IMG/VR virus record: IMGVR_UViG_2740892426_000001
Reading direction: 5' to 3' (one strand)
Length of the DNA: 5,552 nucleotides
Source: a virus
Taxonomy: Duplodnaviria > Heunggongvirae > Uroviricota > Caudoviricetes
Shown: positions 1 through 5,552 of the stretch, in pieces
Numbering within the stretch: the stretch's first letter is position 1
How the letters are laid out: each line of letters starts with the position of its first letter
Program-made: the position numbers and the translations under genes
Notes under the pieces: model-generated
Told to the model about the DNA's origin: nothing
What the model saw: only the letters and a program-made list of their open reading frames with translations
Database searches by the model: none

Positions 1-1
1 G

Positions 2-1180
2 TTCTGGTTCTCGGAAAAGCGGATTACCGATATCAGGCAGGTTGAAACCACAGCCCGCTATCTTGGTACGGCGCTGTACTGGATAGCCGCCAGTATCAAT
101 ATCAAACCGGGCCATGATTATTACTTTTATATCCGCAGTGTGAACACCGTTGGCAAATCGGCATTCGTGGAGGGCGTCGGTCGGGCGAGCGATGATGCGG
201 AAGGTTACCTGGATTTTTTCAAAGGCAAGATAACCGAATCCCATCTCGGTAAAGAGCTGCTGGAAAAAGTTGATTTGACGGAGGATAACGCCAGCAGACT
301 GGATGAGTTTTCGAAAGAGTGGAAGGACGCTAACGATAAATGGAATGCCATGTGGGGCGTCAAAATTGAGCAGACCAAAGACGGCAAACATTATGTCGCG
401 GGTATTGGCCTCAGCATGGAGGACACGGAGGAAGGCAAGCTGAGCCAGTTTCTGGTTGCCGCTAACCGTATCGCGTTTATTGACCCGGCAAACGGGAATG
501 AAACGCCGATGTTTGTGGCGCAGGGCAACCAGATATTCATGAACGACGTGTTCCTGAAGCGCCTGACAGCCCCCACCATTACCAGCGGTGGCAGTCCTCC
601 GGTATTTTCCCTGACATCAGACGGAAAGCTGACCGCTAAAAATGCGGATATCAGTGGCAGAGTGAATGCGAACGCCGGGACGCTCAACAATGTCACGGTA
701 AATGAAAACTGTACGATTAAGGGCATGCTGGAGGCGACTCAGGTCAGAGGTGACTTCGTTAAAGCTGTATCCAAATCATTCCCGAAACAGGCTGGTACGT
801 GGGGTAATACGGAAACACCAAACGGGACGGTTACAGTCACCATCAGCGATGATCATAACTTTGACCGTCAAATCATTATTCCGCCCATTATCTTTAACGG
901 AATAGCGTATAGCGATCCGGGAAGTGGTAATAACCCGGGAGGTACAAGATACACGGGTTATGGTTTTGAAGTTCGCAAAAACGGTGTATTAATCGCATCC
1001 AGAGAAACTAAAGGGGCCATTCCCGGTAGTTACAGTGCAGTTATTGATATGCCTAGTGGTGGTGGTAGCGTCACTCTGGAGTTTAAGATTTTCCAGAAAG
1101 GCAATCAGGGGGCAGGGAATATCACCGACTGTACGGTGATTGTGACCAAAAAAGCGGCTTCCGGTATCAGTATTCGTTGA
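2..1180 (+). CDS. J: Tail tip / host-specificity protein J, C-terminal ~392 codons; 5' end lies upstream of the window
   Basis: Frame 2 is open from position 2 to TGA at 1178..1180, so the ATG at 140 in the ORF track is internal, not the true start. The translation (…[65 protein letters not shown]… ending …[18 protein letters not shown]) matches what I recall of the C-terminal part of lambda gpJ. Position immediately upstream of lom is the canonical lambda order. Not verified by search. Confidence 0.85.
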   Translation, partial: FWFSEKRITDIRQVETTARYLGTALYWIAASINIKPGHDYYFYIRSVNTVGKSAFVEGVGRASDDAEGYLDFFKGKITESHLGKELLEKVDLTEDNASRLDEFSKEWKDANDKWNAMWGVKIEQTKDGKHYVAGIGLSMEDTEEGKLSQFLVAANRIAFIDPANGNETPMFVAQGNQIFMNDVFLKRLTAPTITSGGSPPVFSLTSDGKLTAKNADISGRVNANAGTLNNVTVNENCTIKGMLEATQVRGDFVKAVSKSFPKQAGTWGNTETPNGTVTVTISDDHNFDRQIIIPPIIFNGIAYSDPGSGNNPGGTRYTGYGFEVRKNGVLIASRETKGAIPGSYSAVIDMPSGGGSVTLEFKIFQKGNQGAGNITDCTVIVTKKAASGISIR

Positions 1181-1202
1181 AATATTTATAACCCCAATAA
1201 AG

Positions 1203-1226
1203 GGCGTCAGGAATGACGCCTTTTTT
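1203..1226 (+). terminator. Rho-independent terminator after J
   Basis: Perfect 7-bp inverted repeat GGCGTCA (1203..1209) / TGACGCC (1214..1220) around a 4-nt loop GGAA, followed by TTTTTT (1221..1226). It sits 23 nt after the J stop codon. Confidence 0.8.
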
Positions 1227-1239
1227 ATTGCAGAAAAGC

Positions 1240-1245
1240 GAGAGG
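1240..1245 (+). promoter_or_regulatory. Shine-Dalgarno sequence for lom
   Basis: GAGAGG lies 5 nt upstream of the ATG at 1251. Confidence 0.6.
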
Positions 1246-1250
1246 TAATT

Positions 1251-1850
1251 ATGCGTAAACTTTATGCAGCCATTTTGTCCGCAGCTATTTGTCTGGCCGT
1301 ATCCGGTGCGTCTGCATGGGCATCTGAACATCAGTCCACGCTGAGCGCGGGGTATCTTCATGCCTCGACGAACGTTCCCGGCAGCGATGATCTGAACGGG
1401 ATTAACGTGAAATACCGTTATGAGTTTACGGACACACTGGGGCTGGTGACGTCATTCAGCTATGCAGGAGACAAGAATCGCCAGCTTACCCGTTACAGCG
1501 ATATCCGCTGGCATGAAGATTCCGTGCGTAACCGCTGGTTCAGCGTGATGGCGGGGCCGTCTGTGCGCGTGAATGAATGGTTCAGCGCGTATGCGATGGC
1601 GGGTGTGTCTTACAGCCGTGTGTCGACTTTCTCCGGGGATTATCTCCGCGTAACTGACAACAAGGGGAAAACGCACGACGTGCTGACCGGAAGTGATGAC
1701 GGTCGCCACAGCAACACGTCTCTGGCGTGGGGAGCTGGCGTGCAGTTTAACCCGACCGAATCCGTGGCCATTGATATTGCTTATGAAGGCTCCGGCAGTG
1801 GCGACTGGCGCACTGACGGTTTCATCGTGGGTGTCGGTTATAAATTCTGA
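1251..1850 (+). CDS. lom: Lom outer-membrane protein (Ail/Lom/OmpX family 8-stranded beta-barrel), 199 aa
   Basis: N-terminus [24 protein letters not shown] is a typical Sec signal peptide with an AxA cleavage motif. The mature part has alternating aromatic/hydrophobic residues and ends in the C-terminal Phe (…[10 protein letters not shown]) that is typical of outer-membrane beta-barrels. The sequence matches my recollection of lambda Lom. The gene is bracketed by intrinsic terminators and sits between J and stf as in lambda. Confidence 0.9.
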   Translation: MRKLYAAILSAAICLAVSGASAWASEHQSTLSAGYLHASTNVPGSDDLNGINVKYRYEFTDTLGLVTSFSYAGDKNRQLTRYSDIRWHEDSVRNRWFSVMAGPSVRVNEWFSAYAMAGVSYSRVSTFSGDYLRVTDNKGKTHDVLTGSDDGRHSNTSLAWGAGVQFNPTESVAIDIAYEGSGSGDWRTDGFIVGVGYKF

Positions 1851-1877
1851 TTAGCCAGGTAACACAGTGTTATGACA

Positions 1878-1903
1878 GCCCGCCGGTTCAGGCGGGCTTT
1901 TTT
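1878..1903 (+). terminator. Rho-independent terminator after lom
   Basis: Stem GCCCGCC (1878..1884), loop GGTTCA, stem GGCGGGC (1891..1897), then TTTTTT (1898..1903). It lies 28 nt after the lom stop and 12 nt before the stf ATG. Confidence 0.8.
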
Positions 1904-1914
1904 GTGGGGTGAAT

Positions 1915-4875
1915 ATGGCAGTAAAGATTTCAGGTGTACTGAAAGACGGCACAGGAAAACCGGTACAGAACTGCACAATCCAGCTGAAAGCAAAACGTAA
2001 CAGTACCACGGTGGTGGTGAACACGCTGGCCTCAGAAAATCCGGATGAAGCCGGGCGTTACAGCATGGACGTTGAGTACGGTCAGTACAGCGTTATTCTG
2101 TTGGTGGAAGGCTTCCCGCCGTCACATGCCGGGACCATCACCGTGTATGAAGATTCCCGACCCGGTACGCTGAATGATTTTCTCGGTGCCATGACGGAGG
2201 ATGATGCCCGTCCTGAGGCACTGCGCCGTTTTGAACTGATGGTGGAAGAGGTGGCGCGTAACGCGTCCGCGGTGGCACAGAACACGGCAGCCGCGAAGAA
2301 GTCAGCCGGCGATGCCAGCACATCAGCCCGTGAGGCGGCAACCCATGCGACTGATGCTGCAGGCTCAGCACGCGCAGCCAGCACGTCAGCCGGACAGGCC
2401 GCGTCGTCGGCTCAGTCAGCGTCTTCCAGCGCAGGAACGGCATCAACAAAGGCCACTGAAGCGGAAAAAAGTGCTGCCGCTGCAGAGTCCTCAAAAAGCG
2501 CGGCGGCCACCAGTGCCGCTGCGGCGAAAACGTCAGAAACGAATGCGGCAGCGTCACAACAATCAGCAGCCACTTCTGCATCCACCGCGACCACAAAGGC
2601 GTCAGAAGCTGCCACCTCAGCCCGGGATGCGTCGGCTTCAAAAGAAGCGGCAAAATCATCAGAAACGAACGCATCATCAAGCGCCAGTAGTGCCGCTTCC
2701 TCGGCAACGGCGGCAGGAAATTCCGCGAAGGCGGCAAAAACGTCCGAGACGAACGCTAAGTCTTCTGAGACGGCAGCGGGACAGAGCGCCTCAGCTGCGG
2801 CAGGCTCAAAAACAGCGGCTGCGTCGTCTGCCAGTGCCGCGTCAACAAGTGCCGGGCAGGCCTCAGCCAGTGCCACCGCCGCCGGAAAATCGGCAGAAAG
2901 CGCCGCATCATCCGCTTCAACAGCCACAACGAAGGCTGGCGAAGCCACTGAACAGGCCAGCGCAGCAGCGAGTTCTGCTTCCGCAGCGAAGACATCCGAA
3001 ACGAACGCGAAAGCGTCGGAAACCAGCGCAGAATCCTCAAAAACGGCTGCCGCATCGTCAGCCAGTTCGGCGGCGTCATCGGCATCATCGGCGTCTGCTT
3101 CAAAAGATGAGGCGACCAGACAGGCGTCAGCAGCGAAGAGCAGCGCCACGACGGCATCCACGAAGGCGACAGAGGCAGCTGGCAGTGCGACGGCGGCAGC
3201 TCAGAGCAAAAGTACGGCGGAATCCGCGGCAACGCGCGCCGAGACAGCAGCTAAACGGGCAGAGGATATTGCATCCGCCGTGGCGCTTGAGGATGCGAGC
3301 ACGACGAAAAAGGGGATAGTACAGCTCAGCAGTGCGACTAACAGCACTTCCGAGTCACTGGCGGCAACGCCAAAAGCAGTTAAGGCCGCGTATGACCTGG
3401 CTAACGGGAAATACACCGCACAGGATGCAACGACAGCACAGAAAGGGATCGTTCAGCTCAGCAGCGCGACCAACAGCACATCTGAAATGCTGGCGGCAAC
3501 GCCAAAGTCGGTAAAGGCAGCCTATGACCTTGCTAACGGGAAATATACCGCTCAGGACGCTACGACAGCACAAAAAGGAATTGTCCAGCTCAGTAGTGCA
3601 ACCAACAGCGCATCTGAAACGCTTGCCGCGACACCGAAAGCAGTGAAAGCAGCTAATGATAATGCGAATGGTCGGGTACCTTCTGCCCGTAAGGTGAATG
3701 GTAAGGCGCTTTCAGCGGATATAACACTGACGCCGAAAGATATTGGTACGCTTAACTCAACAACAATGTCATTCAGCGGTGGTGCTGGTTGGTTCAAATT
3801 AGCAACGGTAACCATGCCACAGGCGAGTTCTGTTGTTTCAATTACGTTGATTGGTGGCGCGGGATTTAACGTGGGGTCACCTCAACAGGCAGGTATATCT
3901 GAACTTGTTTTGCGTGCAGGTAATGGTAATCCGAAGGGGATTACTGGTGCTTTATGGCAGCGCACATCGACAGGGTTTACAAATTTTGCCTGGGTCAATA
4001 CATCTGGTGATACTTACGATATTTACGTTGCAATCGGAAATTATGCGACTGGTGTAAATATTCAATGGGATTATACCAGTAATGCCAGCGTGACGATTCA
4101 TACGTCACCAGCATATTCTGCTAATAAGCCGGAAGGGTTAACGGACGGTACAGTTTATTCACTCTATACGCCATCAGAGCAGTTTTATCCGCCTGGCGCA
4201 CCAATCCCGTGGCCATCAGATACCGTTCCGTCTGGCTATGCCCTGATGCAGGGGCAGACTTTTGACAAATCTGCATACCCGAAACTTGCAGCCGCTTATC
4301 CGTCAGGCGTGATCCCTGATATGCGTGGCTGGACGATTAAGGGCAAACCCGCCAGTGGTCGTGCCGTATTGTCTCAGGAACAGGACGGCATTAAATCGCA
4401 CACCCACAGCGCCAGCGCATCCAGTACGGATTTGGGGACGAAAACCACATCGTCGTTTGATTACGGCACTAAATCCACGAATAACACCGGGGCTCATACG
4501 CACAGTCTGAGCGGCTCTACAAGCTCGGCCGGAGCACACTCGCACGTTGATGGTCGCAGGTTTAATACAAGCACTTTTAAAGACACCTATCAGTATGGTT
4601 CTACAGCTGTCGGAAGTAACTCATACCAGGTACAAGGGGCGGTTGGTCTGGGCATTGGCACGATGGCGAATACGAACTCTGCTGGCGCGCATACCCACTC
4701 ACTGTCCGGCACTGCTGCAAGCGCAGGTGCACACGCACATACTGTCGGTATTGGTGCTCATACGCACTCCGTTGCGATTGGCTCACATGGACACACCATC
4801 ACCGTTAACGCTGCTGGTAACGCGGAAAACACCGTCAAAAACATCGCATTTAACTATATTGTGAGGCTTGCATAA
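1915..4875 (+). CDS. stf: Side tail fibre protein Stf, full-length and uninterrupted (986 aa from ATG 1915)
   Basis: Continuous ORF ending at TAA 4873..4875. The ORF track starts at GTG 1909, but ATG 1915 preceded by GGGGTGA gives the N-terminus [26 protein letters not shown]…, which I recognise as the lambda Stf N-terminus. The C-terminus (…[70 protein letters not shown]… …[31 protein letters not shown]) matches the lambda Stf / T4 gp37-type fibre tip. A tfa gene follows immediately. Confidence 0.9.
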   Translation: MAVKISGVLKDGTGKPVQNCTIQLKAKRNSTTVVVNTLASENPDEAGRYSMDVEYGQYSVILLVEGFPPSHAGTITVYEDSRPGTLNDFLGAMTEDDARPEALRRFELMVEEVARNASAVAQNTAAAKKSAGDASTSAREAATHATDAAGSARAASTSAGQAASSAQSASSSAGTASTKATEAEKSAAAAESSKSAAATSAAAAKTSETNAAASQQSAATSASTATTKASEAATSARDASASKEAAKSSETNASSSASSAASSATAAGNSAKAAKTSETNAKSSETAAGQSASAAAGSKTAAASSASAASTSAGQASASATAAGKSAESAASSASTATTKAGEATEQASAAASSASAAKTSETNAKASETSAESSKTAAASSASSAASSASSASASKDEATRQASAAKSSATTASTKATEAAGSATAAAQSKSTAESAATRAETAAKRAEDIASAVALEDASTTKKGIVQLSSATNSTSESLAATPKAVKAAYDLANGKYTAQDATTAQKGIVQLSSATNSTSEMLAATPKSVKAAYDLANGKYTAQDATTAQKGIVQLSSATNSASETLAATPKAVKAANDNANGRVPSARKVNGKALSADITLTPKDIGTLNSTTMSFSGGAGWFKLATVTMPQASSVVSITLIGGAGFNVGSPQQAGISELVLRAGNGNPKGITGALWQRTSTGFTNFAWVNTSGDTYDIYVAIGNYATGVNIQWDYTSNASVTIHTSPAYSANKPEGLTDGTVYSLYTPSEQFYPPGAPIPWPSDTVPSGYALMQGQTFDKSAYPKLAAAYPSGVIPDMRGWTIKGKPASGRAVLSQEQDGIKSHTHSASASSTDLGTKTTSSFDYGTKSTNNTGAHTHSLSGSTSSAGAHSHVDGRRFNTSTFKDTYQYGSTAVGSNSYQVQGAVGLGIGTMANTNSAGAHTHSLSGTAASAGAHAHTVGIGAHTHSVAIGSHGHTITVNAAGNAENTVKNIAFNYIVRLA
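2290..3290 (+). repeat. In-frame Ala/Ser/Thr-rich low-complexity region of stf with imperfect internal repeats
   Basis: About 330 codons dominated by GCN/TCN/ACN codons. The motif K-(T/S)-S-E-T-N-A recurs at about nt 2527, 2653, 2737 and 2989, and variants of '[12 protein letters not shown]' and 'TATTKA(S/G)EA' recur. Stop-free shadow ORFs on both strands (2138..2737-, 2312..3319+, 2412..3161-, 2756..3232-) are the expected by-product. Confidence 0.8.
3298..3660 (+). repeat. Three tandem in-frame repeats of about 129-132 bp (about 44 aa) inside stf
   Basis: Protein units: [43 protein letters not shown] / [44 protein letters not shown] / [32 protein letters not shown]…. Nucleotide units start near 3301, 3430 and 3562 and carry many synonymous differences, so the repeats are diverged at DNA level but conserved at protein level. 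My recollection of lambda Stf has a single '[14 protein letters not shown]' unit. Confidence 0.85.
4399..4794 (+). other. Array of seven His-x-His motifs in the stf C-terminal tip domain (putative metal-coordinating needle region)
   Basis: In-frame HxH codon triplets at 4399..4407 (HTH), 4495..4503 (HTH), 4537..4545 (HSH), 4690..4698 (HTH), 4732..4740 (HAH), 4759..4767 (HTH) and 4786..4794 (HGH), mostly in the context GAHxHS/T. The T4 gp37 receptor-binding tip is known to coordinate iron ions through HxH motifs contributed by three chains. Confidence 0.6.
4861..4866 (+). promoter_or_regulatory. Shine-Dalgarno sequence for tfa, lying inside the 3' end of stf
   Basis: GTGAGG lies 8 nt upstream of ATG 4875. 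The stf stop TAA (4873..4875) and tfa start ATG (4875..4877) overlap as TAATG, indicating translational coupling. Confidence 0.6.
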
Positions 4876-5471
4876 TGGCATTCAGAATGAGTGAACAAGC
4901 ACGGACCATAAAAATTTATAATCTGCTGGCCGGAACTAATGAATTTATTGGTGAAGGTGATGCATATATTCCGCCTCATACAGGTCTGCCAGCAAACAGT
5001 ACCGATATTGCACCACCAGATATTCCTGCTGGCTTTGTGGCTGTTTTCAACAGTGATGAGGCATCGTGGCATCTCGTTGAAGACCATCGGGGTAAAACGG
5101 TTTATGACGTAGCGTCAGGGGACGAGTTATTTATTTCTGAACTCGGTCCGTTACCGGAAAATGTTACCTGGTTATCGCCGGAAGGGGAGTTTCAGAAGTG
5201 GAACGGCACAGCCTGGGTGAAAGATGCAGAAGCAGAAAAACTGTTCCGGATCCGAGAGGCGGAAGAAATAAAAAACAGCCTGATGCAGGTAGCCAGTGAG
5301 CATATTGCGCCACTTCAGGATGCTGTAGATCTGGAAATCGCAACGGAGGAAGAAACCTCATTGCTGGAAGCCTGGAAAAAGTATCGGGTGTTGCTGAACC
5401 GTGTTGATACATCAACTGCACCTGATATACCTCATTGCTGGAAGCCTGGAAAAAGTATCGGGTGTTGCTGA
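4875..5471 (+). CDS. tfa: Tail fibre assembly protein Tfa with a frameshifted C-terminus; 198 aa as encoded, last 13 aa non-native because of a 74-bp tandem duplication
   Basis: The translation [79 protein letters not shown]… matches my recollection of lambda Tfa (194 aa). The ORF runs into the second copy of a duplicated 74-bp segment in the +2 frame, giving …[20 protein letters not shown]-stop. Removing one copy restores …[16 protein letters not shown]-stop at TAA 5531..5533, a 194-aa product. Confidence 0.85.
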   Translation: MAFRMSEQARTIKIYNLLAGTNEFIGEGDAYIPPHTGLPANSTDIAPPDIPAGFVAVFNSDEASWHLVEDHRGKTVYDVASGDELFISELGPLPENVTWLSPEGEFQKWNGTAWVKDAEAEKLFRIREAEEIKNSLMQVASEHIAPLQDAVDLEIATEEETSLLEAWKKYRVLLNRVDTSTAPDIPHCWKPGKSIGCC

Positions 5472-5502
5472 ACCGTGTTGATACATCAACTGCACCTGAT
5501 AT
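5355..5502 (+). repeat. Perfect 74-bp direct tandem duplication (copy 1 5355..5428, copy 2 5429..5502) at the 3' end of tfa
   Basis: ACCTCATTGCTGGAAGCCTGGAAAAAGTATCGGGTGTTGCTGAACCGTGTTGATACATCAACTGCACCTGATAT occurs twice head-to-tail with no mismatches. The flanking bases differ (A5354 vs T5428 on the left; A5429 vs T5503 on the right), so the unit is exactly 74 bp, which is not a multiple of 3. Confidence 0.95.
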
Positions 5503-5552
5503 TGAGTGGCCTACGAACCCTGTCAGGGAGTAATCATTGGGATTATGCCGCA

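Noticed and set aside
205-905. Small ORFs overlapping J (205..387-, 391..726-, 702..905+)
   Set aside because: They are embedded in the well-supported J reading frame, are short, have no convincing start context and show no recognisable protein features.
1140-1202. Possible sigma70 promoter for lom in the 3' end of J (TTGAAA at 1177..1182, or TTGTGA at 1140..1145)
   Set aside because: No properly spaced -10 hexamer could be paired with either candidate (spacing to the best AT-rich hexamers is 4 or 13 nt), and a transcript from here would meet the terminator at 1203..1226 at once. The lom promoter cannot be assigned from sequence alone.
1167-1709. Antisense ORFs over the J-lom junction and inside lom (1167..1361-, 1452..1709-)
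   Set aside because: The first spans a terminator and the lom start, and the second is antisense to the conserved lom barrel; neither has support beyond being open.
1909-1911. GTG at 1909 as the stf start, as used by the ORF track (MNMAVK…)
   Set aside because: ATG 1915 gives the N-terminus [12 protein letters not shown]… that I recognise from lambda Stf, and GGGGTGA upstream serves as its RBS. GTG 1909 would sit only 5 nt after the terminator T-tract with no RBS.
2082-3416. Long ORFs on the - strand and in alternate + frames inside stf (2082..2384-, 2138..2737-, 2312..3319+ Arg/Pro/Gln-rich 335 aa, 2412..3161-, 2756..3232-, 3201..3416-)
   Set aside because: They lie entirely within the GC-rich Ala/Ser/Thr-codon repeat tract of stf, where stop codons are rare in every frame. 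They have no RBS, their translations are low-complexity artefacts (poly-Arg/Pro or poly-Ala/Asp), and the stf frame is clearly the recognisable one.
3298-3660. Tandem repeats considered as a possible CRISPR array or other non-coding repeat
   Set aside because: The repeats are about 130 bp, in frame, protein-conserved and inside stf, with no short repeat-spacer periodicity; they are coding structural repeats.
4303-5421. ORFs overlapping the stf C-terminus and tfa (4303..4545-, 4325..4510+, 4547..4864+, 4601..4786-, 4854..5087-, 5164..5421-)
   Set aside because: All are out-of-frame or antisense overlaps of strongly supported stf and tfa coding sequence, with no independent signals.
1-5552. 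Search for a defence system, toxin-antitoxin pair, integrase, attachment site or tRNA/ncRNA
   Set aside because: Every base is accounted for by J, lom, stf, tfa and their terminators and RBSs. I saw no unexplained intergenic space, strand switch or additional gene. The only non-structural cargo is lom.

Overview
The window reads as the distal tail-fibre module of a lambda-like (lambdoid) enterobacterial phage or prophage, with all genes on the + strand. In order: the 3' part of host-specificity gene J (cut by the window's left edge), a terminator, lom (Ail/Lom-family outer-membrane protein, a classic lysogenic-conversion 'moron'), a second terminator, a long uninterrupted side tail fibre gene stf (986 aa from ATG 1915), and tfa (tail fibre assembly chaperone) whose start overlaps the stf stop in TAATG. 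Identifications rest on my recollection of phage lambda J, Lom, Stf and Tfa proteins plus features visible in the sequence; no database search was possible. The two observations most worth a second look are (i) a perfect 74-bp tandem duplication at the 3' end of tfa (5355..5428 and 5429..5502) that frameshifts the last codons, and (ii) the stf architecture: expanded Ala/Ser/Thr-rich repeats, three tandem 44-aa repeats, an apparently non-lambda central segment and seven His-x-His motifs at the C-terminus. I see no defence system, integrase, RNA gene, CRISPR array or other non-tail cargo; the many internal and antisense ORFs in the track are shadow ORFs of the GC-rich repeat region of stf.
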